This document shows positions 1-11,140 of a stretch of 32,000 nt of DNA, one piece after another. Source of the DNA: Wolbachia endosymbiont of Onchocerca ochengi (GTDB lineage Bacteria; Pseudomonadota; Alphaproteobacteria; Rickettsiales; Anaplasmataceae); NCBI RefSeq assembly GCF_000306885.1, contig NC_018267.1:690001-722000 (forward strand), in the 5' to 3' direction. Position 1 is the first letter of the stretch, and the number at the start of each line of letters is the position of its first letter. Position numbers and translations under genes: made by a program. The notes under the pieces are model-generated. The model searched no databases. It was not told the origin of the DNA and saw only the letters and a list, made by a program, of their open reading frames with translations.

Positions 1-1
1 T

Positions 2-433
2 AAACAAGGGCACGTTTTTGTCGGAAAACGCTTTGAAAGTGACTTTTACTGGCAGATGCCACAAGGAGGGATTAATGATGGTGAAGAGTTAGAGCAGGCA
101 GCATTGCGTGAGTTGCTAGAAGAGGTTGGTACTGATAAAGTAAAGATTGTAGCTAAAAATAAGGGTTGGATATATTATAATTTGCCTGAGAAATTCATAC
201 CAATTTGTTGGGACGGAAGATATTTCGGTCAAAAGCAAAAATGGTTTTTAATGAAATTTTATGGAGAAGATAAGGATATTAATATTAACTATACTGATCA
301 TTCAGAGTTTAAAGAGTGGTATTGGCAAAATGTGGATGATTTAGTAGCCAATGTTATACCTTTTAAAAAAGAAGTTTATAAAACTGTAATAGAAGAGTTT
401 TCTTTTCAAATAAAAATCCCTATTATTGAGTAA
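2..433 (+). CDS. rppH: RNA pyrophosphohydrolase / Nudix hydrolase, 5' partial (reading frame open to the window edge)
   Basis: Frame continues upstream of the listed ATG as KQGHVFVGKRFESDFYWQMPQGGINDGEELEQAALRELLEEVGT. This contains the Nudix box GGx5Ex7REUxEExG and the RppH-like WQMPQGGI. Confidence 0.93.
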   Translation, partial: KQGHVFVGKRFESDFYWQMPQGGINDGEELEQAALRELLEEVGTDKVKIVAKNKGWIYYNLPEKFIPICWDGRYFGQKQKWFLMKFYGEDKDININYTDHSEFKEWYWQNVDDLVANVIPFKKEVYKTVIEEFSFQIKIPIIE

Positions 434-448
434 CATTTATATGCACTC

Positions 449-1240
449 GTGATAATAGATTCTCATTGCCATTTGATTTATTTCCAAGATAATGAAATAC
501 CAAAAGTGATTTCAAGGGCAAAGCAAAGTGGTGTAAAAATTTTACATAACATATGTACCAGCATTGATGATATTCCTAAACTACTAAAAATTTCCTTATC
601 CTATAATCAGATTTACTCCTCTGTTGGTGTACATCCGCTTGATGCTACTGTAGGGAACGGCGAATTTATACATGTTGATGAATTAGTTGAATTTGCTAAG
701 AATCAAAAGATAATTAGCATCGGTGAAACTGGGTTAGATTTTTATGAGCTTGATAATAAAAATAATCAGAGAAAAAGCTTTGCATCGCACATAGAGGCGG
801 CAAGGATAACAGGGTTACCTTTAGTTATTCATACTAGAAATGCTGATTGTGAGATGATTGATATGTTAAAATCAGAAATGAAAATTGGTGCTTTTAGTGG
901 AGTAGTGCACTGTTTTGCTTCCTCTAAGGAGCTTGCTTACCAAGCTATGGATTTGGGATTGTACATTTCATTTTCTGGAATTATTACTTTTAAAAGTGCT
1001 AATTCACTCAGAAAAATTGCACAAAATGTGCTACGTGGACTTGTTTTAGTTGAAACTGATGCTCCATATTTGTCACCTGAGCCTTATAGAGGGAAAAAAA
1101 ATGAGCCAGCAATGATAAAATATATTATAAATTGTCTAGCGGAGTTATGGAATGAATCACCTAATAAAGTAGCAGAAATAACTACAAATAACTTTTCTAG
1201 GCTGTTTGTGAAACTTAACCCTGAGAAGAAAAATCTATAA
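449..1240 (+). CDS. tatD: TatD family metal-dependent hydrolase
   Basis: GTG start; MIIDSHCHL metal-binding motif, IGETGLDFY, PLVIHTR, GVVHCFASS, LVETDAPYLSPEP. Confidence 0.93.
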   Translation: MIIDSHCHLIYFQDNEIPKVISRAKQSGVKILHNICTSIDDIPKLLKISLSYNQIYSSVGVHPLDATVGNGEFIHVDELVEFAKNQKIISIGETGLDFYELDNKNNQRKSFASHIEAARITGLPLVIHTRNADCEMIDMLKSEMKIGAFSGVVHCFASSKELAYQAMDLGLYISFSGIITFKSANSLRKIAQNVLRGLVLVETDAPYLSPEPYRGKKNEPAMIKYIINCLAELWNESPNKVAEITTNNFSRLFVKLNPEKKNL

Positions 1241-1253
1241 ATTATTGATCTGC

Positions 1254-2207
<954 letters not shown>

Positions 2208-2780
2208 CTATTCTTTTGTATCTGTTTTTGCGGCTTTGCCTTCCCAAGGAGATAAGCTATTAAGTATACGAAAATCTTGCGGTAAATCTATAGGATTATA
2301 TACAACCTTTTTTGCTTCTATATCATACTTCACTTCTTCGTAACCAGTAAGAGGGAAATCTTTTAACATAGGGTGACCTTTAAATCCATAATCCGTTAGA
2401 ATCCTACGCAAATCAGGATGATCAGAGAATTCTACTCCATACATATCGAACACTTCACGCTCAAACCAAGAAGCTGTGCTAAATATCTGTGCTATACTTG
2501 GAGGAGTGTCACTCTCATCTAATTGAAGTTTTATATGTAACCTGATATTGTATACGACACTAAGTAAGTTATATATTAATTCAAAACGCTTTTCTCTGTC
2601 TGGATAGTCAACTCCGAAAATATCAATTAATAATTCAAATCTGCATTTTTCATCATCACGCAAGAAAAGCAAGTGATTCTCAATATCGTCTAAGGCTGAA
2701 TATATTATAATAGTACCATCATCTTGTTGAATACATTTACATTTGGTCTTTTTTTGTATATATTTTGCAGTTTTATTCAT
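2208..2780 (-). CDS. nuoC: NADH-quinone oxidoreductase subunit C
   Basis: [49 protein letters not shown]-type signature (here [20 protein letters not shown]...[9 protein letters not shown].GHP). Confidence 0.97.
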   Translation of the reverse strand: [190 protein letters not shown]

Positions 2781-2781
2781 T

Positions 2782-3288
2782 CTATATATTCTGGGTTCTT
2801 TTTATTTTGTTTTGTAGGCATAGCATTCCATATAGCAGCGCCTCAGCGGTTGGTGGGCATCCAGGAACGTATATATCAACTGGCACAATTTTATCACAAC
2901 CACGAACCACTGAATAAGAGTAGTGATAATACCCACCACCATTTGCACAACTTCCCATAGAAACAACGTATTTTGGATCTGCCATTTGATCATATACTTT
3001 GCGCAATGCTGCTGCCATTTTATTGGTTAATGTTCCAGCAACAATCATAACGTCCGCTTGTCTTGGACTTGCACGAAACATTATGCCGTATCTATCAAGA
3101 TCGTAACGGCTGGATGCAGTGTGCATCATTTCCACTGCACAGCATGCAAGACCAAATGTCATCGGCCATAATGAACCAGATCTTGCCCAATTAATTACAT
3201 AATCTACTAAATTACCAAATTTAGTAATAAGAAATCCTTCTTTTTTATAAGAACTATAATAGTTATTAGATAAAATTTGACTTTTCAT
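2782..3288 (-). CDS. nuoB: NADH-quinone oxidoreductase subunit B
   Basis: [80 protein letters not shown]. Confidence 0.98.
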   Translation of the reverse strand: MKSQILSNNYYSSYKKEGFLITKFGNLVDYVINWARSGSLWPMTFGLACCAVEMMHTASSRYDLDRYGIMFRASPRQADVMIVAGTLTNKMAAALRKVYDQMADPKYVVSMGSCANGGGYYHYSYSVVRGCDKIVPVDIYVPGCPPTAEALLYGMLCLQNKIKRTQNI

Positions 3289-3292
3289 AAAC

Positions 3293-3646
3293 TTACTCCC
3301 ATTCTAATACGCCTTTACACCACTCATAGATAAAGCCTACAGTAAGAATTGAAAGAAATATCATCATAGACCAAAATCCACAATAACTTATTTTGGATAG
3401 GGAAACAGCCCAGGGGAAAAGAAAGATAACTTCTAAATCAAATATTATAAATAATATTGAAACTAAGTAAAATTTGATGTTAAAAATTTTTCTTGTTCTT
3501 GATAAAGGATTGAAACCACACTCATATGTAGAAAGCTTTTCACTATCCGGATTGCTTACGGCAAGAAATATAGGTAATACACCTAAGGCAAGGGATACTA
3601 CCATTGACACACAAATAAAAATTACTATAGTTAAATATTCACTCAT
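3293..3646 (-). CDS. nuoA: NADH-quinone oxidoreductase subunit A
   Basis: [41 protein letters not shown]; adjacent to nuoB. Confidence 0.97.
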   Translation of the reverse strand: MSEYLTIVIFICVSMVVSLALGVLPIFLAVSNPDSEKLSTYECGFNPLSRTRKIFNIKFYLVSILFIIFDLEVIFLFPWAVSLSKISYCGFWSMMIFLSILTVGFIYEWCKGVLEWE

Positions 3647-3673
3647 TTAACAAAACATATAGAAAAAGCAACA

Positions 3674-4042
3674 CTATAAATTTACATGCTTCCCTAGTCT
3701 CTTACCACCTAAAATATGTACATGAAAATGTGGCACAACTTGCTCTCCATTTTCACCGTAGTTAGTAACTAACCTGTATCCTGTTTTTTCTAAATTATAT
3801 TTGTATGTTACCTTTCTTACAATTTTAAAGAACCATACTATCTCCTCTGCAGAAGCTTTTAGTATGAAGTCATCGTATGAAATATATTGATTTTTTGGTA
3901 CGACTAAAATATGAACTGGTGCATCAGGATACTTATCATAAAATGCTAATACACCCTCATCTTCATACACTTTCTCGCAAGGTAACTCACCCCTTAATAT
4001 TTTGGCAAAAATATTATTGCTATCATAACCTTTGTTGTTCAT
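3674..4042 (-). CDS. HIT family (histidine triad) protein
   Basis: NIFAKILRGELPCEKVYEDEGVLAFYDKYPDAPVHILVVPK and HFHVHILGGKRLG. Confidence 0.94.
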   Translation of the reverse strand: MNNKGYDSNNIFAKILRGELPCEKVYEDEGVLAFYDKYPDAPVHILVVPKNQYISYDDFILKASAEEIVWFFKIVRKVTYKYNLEKTGYRLVTNYGENGEQVVPHFHVHILGGKRLGKHVNL

Positions 4043-4045
4043 ATT

Positions 4046-4963
4046 TTAAGAACGGCCTTTTCCTTCTTTTTCCTTATTAAATATAAAAGATGGTTCTCTT
4101 ATCTTACTAGAAGAAACACCTTCAAGATTCGAAAGATTACTTTCAACTCTTTTAATTCCAAATTTTCTTGCTTGTTTTCCGATACTTTGTGGTAATTTTA
4201 TAGGAAACATGCCTTCCTTCTTACCATAAGGAAAATTGTTAGGATCAGTGATATTAAAATCTATATTTGCAATAACTTCTAATGATTGTCGTGGTGACTT
4301 TTCTGTATAGCTTATAGCTTTTGATAACCATTTATTACTTTTTTGATATAACATTTCCCCAATACCATATAGTAATTTCTTGTCTGTGTGAGTTACAAAC
4401 TCTCCACCAGCGACTCTTGCCATGCCTTTGAGAGTACGATCAGCTTCATCGTAGATTTTATCAATAACAAGCTGTTTTACTTCCCCTTGGCTCTTTTCCC
4501 TGTATTTAGAATTACTTCTAATACTACTGATGATTTCCTCAACATCGACTGTAATCATAATTCTATTGTTTTCTTTATCCATATGCACGCTTGAGTATCT
4601 ACTGTTTATCTCTTCTATTTTATTTAGCTGTTTTTCAGTTAAACAGGATATATCTCCAATCAAAGTCCTTGAAGCAAGAAAAATTACTAACCCTTTCCCT
4701 TGTTTTATTACTTGTACACCAAGGTTCTTACTAGCTTCCGTGGTTCCTATAGACGGTCTATATTTCTTTTCTTCTTTAGGTACATTTACACCAGCAGTTT
4801 TCTTTAATGAAACTTTAGCATCATGTTGCATTTCATTCATTGAGGCACTTGGCTTCTTCATAGGGTAAATAAGCACTTTAAGCGGAAGAATAGACATGTT
4901 TTTTATAATTTTTATTGCTTTTTTAACTAACTTGCCTACTTTATTCCAGATTGATTCTACCAT
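4046..4963 (-). CDS. Hypothetical protein (305 aa), 3 nt upstream of the HIT gene
   Basis: Long ORF in the same strand and tight spacing as the HIT gene; no family recognised. Confidence 0.75.
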   Translation of the reverse strand: MVESIWNKVGKLVKKAIKIIKNMSILPLKVLIYPMKKPSASMNEMQHDAKVSLKKTAGVNVPKEEKKYRPSIGTTEASKNLGVQVIKQGKGLVIFLASRTLIGDISCLTEKQLNKIEEINSRYSSVHMDKENNRIMITVDVEEIISSIRSNSKYREKSQGEVKQLVIDKIYDEADRTLKGMARVAGGEFVTHTDKKLLYGIGEMLYQKSNKWLSKAISYTEKSPRQSLEVIANIDFNITDPNNFPYGKKEGMFPIKLPQSIGKQARKFGIKRVESNLSNLEGVSSSKIREPSFIFNKEKEGKGRS

Positions 4964-5151
4964 ATATATTCCTAAAGCATTTTTTACAACTAAATGTTAT
5001 AACACACTTTAACTATAGATAAAAACACTTAAACTCCTATATTTAGAGTAAGGTGAAATTATAGGGATTGCAATCATTATTTATACACATGCTAAAAAAT
5101 ATTTAGCATCTTAGCTATTTTTATTGTTTAATTTACTTTTAACGTAAAATT

Positions 5152-6645
5152 ATGTTCAAGTGGAATGCAAGCAATATTATCGATGCTACTAATGGAAGAG
5201 AGGAGAGTAGTTGTAATTGGATGCATAGCTCAAATATTTCAATAGATACAAGAAGTATAAAAAAAGGTGATATATTTATTGCTCTCAAGGGGAAAAATTT
5301 TGATGGACACGATTTTCTACATGATGCCTTTTTAAAAGGAGCAACAGTTGCAATAGTAAGCAAGAATAAATATAAGAATTTTCCTTTGATTATTGTGCAA
5401 GATACCTTTAAAGCTTTGCACGACATGGCATCGTATTACGTTAGAAACGTTCTTGCTAATGCTAAGATTATTGCGATTACAGGCAGTATTGGGAAAACTA
5501 CTACAAAGGACATGTTACATATCGTTCTATCGCAATATGGAGTATCTTATGTAACAGAAGGTAATTTAAACAATAATATAGGACTACCCCTAACAGTTTT
5601 AAGAGCTCCAGAAAATTGCCAGTACTTAATTCTTGAAATGGCAATGAATAAAGTTGGTGAAATAAAGAAGTTATCGAAGATTAGTAATCCTGATATTGCA
5701 ATTATTACTAATGTGGAACCTGCGCATGTTGAGAATTTTTCGTCGCTATTTGATATTGCTCAAGCAAAATTGGAAGTTCTGCATGGTATGAAAACTAAAG
5801 GCACTTTAGTTTTGAACAAAGATAGTAAATATTATAATTATCTTTTATCACATGCTAATAGAAATATAGTAAGCTTCGGTAAAGATAAAAATGCTACAGT
5901 TTGTTTACTAGATATAATAGAAAATAATGAATCTTCTGTCTTCATTCCAGCGCCTAGATACTGGAATATAGGAAGTCCAATCGTAAACGAGCGTATCAGA
6001 CGATTATGTAATAAATCAGAGTTGTGCGCTGGAAATCTAGATGTTCATGGATTAGTTTTAAAAATTAGACTGAATAACGATCAAATTATAAACTGTAATT
6101 TATGCTTGAGAGGTGAACATTTTGCGTATTCTGCATTGGCTGTTATAGCAGTTGTACAAGTCCTTGGACTTGATTTATCAAAATTACTACTTGCACTTGA
6201 GAATTTTAGTGTAACCAAAGGTAGAGGCAGTGTTCATAAAGCTAAATATAATGAAAAATATGTATATTTAATTGATGATTCCTATAACGCTAGTCCTACT
6301 TCAATGGAAGCTGCAATAAGAACTTTAGGTACATATTCTAATCAAAGGAAAGTGGCACTACTTGGTGATATGTTAGAGCTTGGTAGTGAAAGCGTAATGT
6401 TTCACAAAAATTTGCTTAAGTCTATTATAGAATATAGCGTGGATAAAGTTTATACGGTTGGCAAATTTATGTTAGAATTGGATAAGCTTCTACCAGGAAA
6501 CATAAGAGGTATGCATTTCAATAGTTCTAATCACTTGAAAAGTGATTTAGCTAGTATTATTCAGGATAATGATGTAATTCTAATTAAAGGTTCGCGGGGA
6601 GTAGAAATGAATCTTGTAGTACAAGAATTCGTAATAGAATATTAG
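5152..6645 (+). CDS. murF: UDP-N-acetylmuramoyl-tripeptide--D-alanyl-D-alanine ligase
   Basis: DTRSIKKGDIFIALKGKNFDGHDF, ITGSIGKTTTKDML, EMAMNKVGEIKKLS, IDDSYNASPTSMEAAI, LLGDMLELG. Confidence 0.97.
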   Translation: MFKWNASNIIDATNGREESSCNWMHSSNISIDTRSIKKGDIFIALKGKNFDGHDFLHDAFLKGATVAIVSKNKYKNFPLIIVQDTFKALHDMASYYVRNVLANAKIIAITGSIGKTTTKDMLHIVLSQYGVSYVTEGNLNNNIGLPLTVLRAPENCQYLILEMAMNKVGEIKKLSKISNPDIAIITNVEPAHVENFSSLFDIAQAKLEVLHGMKTKGTLVLNKDSKYYNYLLSHANRNIVSFGKDKNATVCLLDIIENNESSVFIPAPRYWNIGSPIVNERIRRLCNKSELCAGNLDVHGLVLKIRLNNDQIINCNLCLRGEHFAYSALAVIAVVQVLGLDLSKLLLALENFSVTKGRGSVHKAKYNEKYVYLIDDSYNASPTSMEAAIRTLGTYSNQRKVALLGDMLELGSESVMFHKNLLKSIIEYSVDKVYTVGKFMLELDKLLPGNIRGMHFNSSNHLKSDLASIIQDNDVILIKGSRGVEMNLVVQEFVIEY

Positions 6646-7558
6646 AAAAAACTGTTGTATTAATTCAAGGTTAGGCTGTTAGAAGTTTCAATTGTGATAA
6701 AACGTATAGTTACTTTCGGTAAAACAAGATGTATGGGAAAATATATCATAAAAGCTTGGTAGCGGTCAGGTATATAATAGGAATATTTATCCGTAGTCAG
6801 GGTCAGGGAAAACTGCTTACCTGAAACTGCGTAAAAATTTAGGCTAAACATCAACACCTAAAGGCGACTTTTTTTGATAAAAAATTAATTTCAGAAAGTA
6901 TGAAAGAATATGACACAGCCACGAACTTAGTGAGTATTATATAAAACAAAAAAGCATGATTTTCTATAAATTTTTCTGCTATGGGATAAAGGATGATAAG
7001 TTTCGAAAACATAATAAAAACAGACTAGAAGATGAAAAAAAGCTATAATTTCAGCATTTCTAGAAGCAATAATAACTAAATTAAGTTTTAAATAAATTTT
7101 TGCAAAATTAGCTACTTATTGTAGTACATCTACCGTTAATTGCCAGTGAATTAAATTTTAACCGAGATATGTATGTATAATTGACTTTGCTGAGGTGGTA
7201 TGTAATGTTATTAGCTTTAATAAACAAGATAAAAAATCTATGATATAAGTTAACTGAAGATTTACTTCTTAAAAATTTATTCTTAATATTATTAATAGAA
7301 AATACTTATTAGTTAATGCATTTTTCCTGATGACGAAGCTAATAGCTTTCCTCTTGGAGAAGAAACCTATTTCTCTGTTGCTAAAACCTATAATCCGTGA
7401 TGCAAGCCTTATGCTTATACTTAGCATCAAGTAAAGGTTATGATAAATAGCTCAATTGGAAAGTTAACTGACCCTTGAAATAATAAAAACCATTCATTAC
7501 TAATGGAAAATATAGCACAGAATACTTGGAGATCTATAGAAAGCATTGATGCAAAGAA

Positions 7559-7632
7559 TGCGCCCAGTAGGATTTGAACCTACGACCCACAGCTTAGAAG
7601 GCTGTTGCTCTATCCAGCTGAGCTATGGGCGC
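7559..7632 (-). tRNA. tRNA-Arg (anticodon UCU), 74 nt
   Basis: Minus strand GCGCCCA-TA-GCTC-AGCTGGATA-GAGC-A-ACAGC-CTTCTAA-GCTGT-GGGTC-GTAGG-TTCAAAT-CCTAC-TGGGCGC-A. All four cloverleaf stems pair; loop CTTCTAA gives TCT. Confidence 0.97.
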
Positions 7633-7824
7633 ACACTATATATAATAAGTAGCTTCTTAACATGTATGGAGTCAAGGTGTTTTGTGTAAACATGGCGTTT
7701 GAATAAGTTTCTAAAAGACCTTGTCACTATAATATGTGATATTAACTTTTTTAGAGTCTATTAATCAAGAATTGGTGACAGAGTTTTAAAAATAAGTTAT
7801 TTTTTATTTTTTAGTAAACGGAGC

Positions 7825-8505
7825 ATGAGTATCAAAATTGCACCTTCTATACTTTCAGCAGACTTTGCAAAATTAGGAGAAGAGATAAAAAAAATCAACA
7901 GCTTAGGTGTAGATTATATCCATATAGATGTTATGGATGGAAATTTTGTTCCAAATATTACAATTGGTCCAAGTGTTATTTCTGCAATACGTAAATATAC
8001 CAGTCTTCTTTTTGACGTGCACCTGATGATTAAATCTCCGAGTAAACATATTGAAAGCTTTATAAATGCTGGTGCTGATATTATTACTGTACATGCAGAA
8101 GCAGAGATACATCTTGAGAAACTGATAGGAAAAATAAAGTCATATAAAAGTACAAATGGTAGAAAAAAAACAGTTCAAGTTGGAGTTTCAATCGTTCCTT
8201 CAACTCCTCCTAGTGTTCTTGAGTACATAATACATGAGCTGGATGTTGTGCTAGTTATGACAGTCAATCCTGGATTTGCTGGACAGAAATTTATTCATTC
8301 ACAACTGAGCAAGATATCTACTGTAAAAAAAATGATACAAGAGCGTGATCTCAAAACGCAAATTTCAGTAGACGGTGGAGTGAGCCTCTTAAACGCAGCT
8401 GATATAGTAAAGGCAGGTGCAGATATCTTAGTTACTGGATCAGCAATATTTAAGACTGAAAATATGAGAAAGACTGTAAATGACTTTAAAAACCTGTTAT
8501 TGTAG
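7825..8505 (+). CDS. rpe: Ribulose-phosphate 3-epimerase
   Basis: IAPSILSADFAKLGEEIK, DYIHIDVMDGNFVPNITIGP, FDVHLMI, VMTVNPGFAGQKF, VDGGVSLLNA. Confidence 0.98.
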   Translation: MSIKIAPSILSADFAKLGEEIKKINSLGVDYIHIDVMDGNFVPNITIGPSVISAIRKYTSLLFDVHLMIKSPSKHIESFINAGADIITVHAEAEIHLEKLIGKIKSYKSTNGRKKTVQVGVSIVPSTPPSVLEYIIHELDVVLVMTVNPGFAGQKFIHSQLSKISTVKKMIQERDLKTQISVDGGVSLLNAADIVKAGADILVTGSAIFKTENMRKTVNDFKNLLL

Positions 8506-8573
8506 CATAGTTGCGGAAACCTTTATCTAACAGTAAACTAATTATTAATAAAATAATAGAAAGAATCACATTT

Positions 8574-10841
8574 TTAATAGAAGCTAGGTGAAGAGTCATC
8601 ATTACCGAATTGCGTCCTGTTATTTCTATTACCAAATCCAGAACGAGAGCGGATAGGCCGTTTACGGTATCCAGATTTTTTGTTAAATGGAGTATTATAA
8701 TAGCCTCTCTCATTTGAACCATTCTTTTTATCTTCATTATAAAGTTCACCTTCAAAAAACTCACCTGTTTCTTGATCAACACGACGTCTTGACAATTTTG
8801 GACATCCACCTTTTTCAAAGTCAATTACCAATGCTCTAAAAATATCACCGTGTTTAAGTATATCTCCAATAGATTCTATATGTTGATTTGCCACTTCACT
8901 TATATGCATTTTACCTTTCCTTCCATTGAGAAGTTCGAGCTCTACAATAGACTTATCTATTTTTATGACTTTGGCATCAACTATGGCACCTTGCTCTAGT
9001 TCTGTTATTGAATTAATTAGCATGTTTTTTGCAATTTTAGCTTCATTGCTACTCATAGCAAACACAGAAACTTTGCCATCATCTCCTATTTCAACTTTTG
9101 CATTACTTTTTTCACACACATTTCGTATATTTTTTCCTTTAGCACCAATAGCTAAAGAAATTTTATCTTTATCTATATAAAATGATGTCATTCTTGGTGC
9201 ATGACTTTTCACATCATCACTATGTTCTGAAATCACTGCATTCATTTTTTCTAAGATATGTAACCTTCCAGCTTTTGCTTGTTCTAGAGACTTTTCAATG
9301 ATTTCAAAGCTTATACCAGAAACTTTCATGTCCATTTGCAGTGCCGTAATTCCTTCACTAGTTCCTGCTACTTTAAAATCCATATCACCAAGACAATCTT
9401 CATCACCTAATATGTCAGAAAGTACTATATACTCGTTTCTGTCTTTAATGAGGCCCATAGCAATTCCAGCAACGTGAGCCTTTATTGGTACACCTGTATC
9501 CATCAAAGCAAGAGAAGTTCCACAAACTGTTGCCATGGAAGAAGAACCATCTGATTCCATAACTTCAGAGACTACTCTTATTGTATAAGGGAATTCAGAT
9601 TTATCAGGTAAGACAGGATGAATTGCTTTCCAAGCAAGTTTACCATGACCGATTTCTCTCCTTCCTGGTGCACGTGTAGCAAAGGTCTCCCCAACAGCAA
9701 ATGAAGGAAAATTGTAATGCAACATGAAATGTTCACGCCTATCACCTTCGATATCATCTACAATTTGTTCATCCTGTGTAGTACCAAGAGCAGTAACAAC
9801 AAGCACCTGAGTGTTACCTCTTGTAAATAACGCAGAACCATGAGTTCTAGATAAAATATCAACTTCAACTTCTATTTGTCGTATTTCATCGTGTTTACGG
9901 CCATCTATTCTTGTTCCTTTCTTTTTAATTATCTCACGTACTAAAGATCTTTCAAAGCTTTTTATTGCATGCATAACCAGTCTCTCATCCTTTCCAGCTT
10001 CCTTTAAAGGACTTAATATATCACTTCTAAGCACCTCTAAAATTTGAGCTCGCTCTTGTTTTGCTGTTTGTGAATATGCTTTTTTAAAATCCTCACTATG
10101 CCTTTCAAGATCTTGTGTTATGTCTGATATATCAACAGAGGTGAACTTTTTGGGTTTACTATCAACTGTGTTAGCAAACTCCTTTATAAGCTTAATAACA
10201 GGTTGAAGGTGTTCGTGACCAAATTTGATTGCACTTAGAACATTTTCTTCAGAGAGCTCCTTTACTTCTGACTCGACCATTAAAATTGAACGTTCGTCAC
10301 CAGATAAAAACAGATCTAAGTTGCTTATTTTCATCTCTTGGACAGACGGATTGAGTATATAGTTGTTATTTTCATCACAGCCAATCAAAGCTCCAGCTAT
10401 AATAAAGTGAAAAGGAACACCAGAAATTGCAAGGGCTGCAACAGTACCAATCAATGCTGGTACTTCAGGAGGGTTAATGGTATCATAAGTTAACAAATTA
10501 CACACTACACTGATTTCATCATGAAAACCTTCTGGAAATAGTGGCCTTATACTTCTATCTACTACTCTTGAAATTAAAGTTTCTCTGTCAGATGGCTTAC
10601 CTTCTCTTTTTAAAAAACCACCTGGGATTCTACCTATGGCATAGCTTTTTGCGATAAATTGTACGTTGAGAGGTAAAAAATCAATATTTTCTTCTTTCTT
10701 TTTGCGCACGACAGTTACTAGAATACAAGTATCACCATAATTCACAACTACTGAACTATCAGCTTGACGTGCTATTTTCCCTGTTTCCAAAGATAAGGTA
10801 CGGTTACCCCACTCTATTGACTTTCTTATGATTTTAAACAT
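8574..10841 (-). CDS. pnp: Polyribonucleotide nucleotidyltransferase (PNPase)
   Basis: RPLFPEGFHDEISVV, HGSALFTRGNTQVLVV, MEISGISFEI-type core, IGAKGKNIRNVCEKSNAKVEI (KH) and C-terminal S1 domain (GAIVDAKVIKIDKSIVELELLNGRKGKMHISEV). Confidence 0.98.
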   Translation of the reverse strand: MFKIIRKSIEWGNRTLSLETGKIARQADSSVVVNYGDTCILVTVVRKKKEENIDFLPLNVQFIAKSYAIGRIPGGFLKREGKPSDRETLISRVVDRSIRPLFPEGFHDEISVVCNLLTYDTINPPEVPALIGTVAALAISGVPFHFIIAGALIGCDENNNYILNPSVQEMKISNLDLFLSGDERSILMVESEVKELSEENVLSAIKFGHEHLQPVIKLIKEFANTVDSKPKKFTSVDISDITQDLERHSEDFKKAYSQTAKQERAQILEVLRSDILSPLKEAGKDERLVMHAIKSFERSLVREIIKKKGTRIDGRKHDEIRQIEVEVDILSRTHGSALFTRGNTQVLVVTALGTTQDEQIVDDIEGDRREHFMLHYNFPSFAVGETFATRAPGRREIGHGKLAWKAIHPVLPDKSEFPYTIRVVSEVMESDGSSSMATVCGTSLALMDTGVPIKAHVAGIAMGLIKDRNEYIVLSDILGDEDCLGDMDFKVAGTSEGITALQMDMKVSGISFEIIEKSLEQAKAGRLHILEKMNAVISEHSDDVKSHAPRMTSFYIDKDKISLAIGAKGKNIRNVCEKSNAKVEIGDDGKVSVFAMSSNEAKIAKNMLINSITELEQGAIVDAKVIKIDKSIVELELLNGRKGKMHISEVANQHIESIGDILKHGDIFRALVIDFEKGGCPKLSRRRVDQETGEFFEGELYNEDKKNGSNERGYYNTPFNKKSGYRKRPIRSRSGFGNRNNRTQFGNDDSSPSFY

Positions 10842-10855
10842 ACTGAATTCCTCAA

Positions 10856-11128
10856 TTATTTTCTAATGCCTAACTTCTCTATCAACTCCTGGTAGGTTTT
10901 ATCACCAAACTTGCGCTTTATATAATTTAAGTGCTTGCGTCTCCTACCTATTAATATAAGCAAACCACGCTTGGAGTGATGGTCATGCTTGTGCACTTTA
11001 AAATGTTCAGTCAAGTTACTGATCCTTTCGGTTAAGATTGCACATTGTACAAAAGACGAACCTGTATCATTTTCCTTGATTGAATATACATTTATTAAAT
11101 TCCTTTTCTTTTCAGATGTTATTGACAT
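10856..11128 (-). CDS. rpsO: 30S ribosomal protein S15
   Basis: [49 protein letters not shown]. Confidence 0.98.
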   Translation of the reverse strand: MSITSEKKRNLINVYSIKENDTGSSFVQCAILTERISNLTEHFKVHKHDHHSKRGLLILIGRRRKHLNYIKRKFGDKTYQELIEKLGIRK

Positions 11129-11140
11129 CCAAACCTCATT

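Noticed and set aside
2802-2993. 63-aa ORF labelled plus strand inside nuoB.
   Set aside because: The translation reads on the minus strand in an alternative frame of nuoB; spurious.
6660-6857. 65-aa ORF labelled plus strand in the track.
   Set aside because: The translation (MLMFSLNFYAVSG...) is read on the minus strand (TTA = stop complement at 6660), so the label is wrong. No start context or family supports a real CDS; treated only as an unassigned block.
6646-7558. Search for rnpB, tmRNA, 4.5S or 6S RNA hallmarks in the large gaps.
   Set aside because: I found none of the conserved rnpB (GAGGAAAGTCC) or tmRNA strings by eye, so no ncRNA type can be assigned without cmscan.
7903-8112. 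69-aa ORF labelled plus strand inside rpe.
   Set aside because: The translation corresponds to the minus strand antisense to rpe; spurious.
8486-8824. 112-aa ORF labelled plus strand.
   Set aside because: Its protein (…LLLDKGFRNYATITGF) reads on the minus strand, overlapping the pnp C-terminus in another frame. It is spurious and its strand label is wrong.
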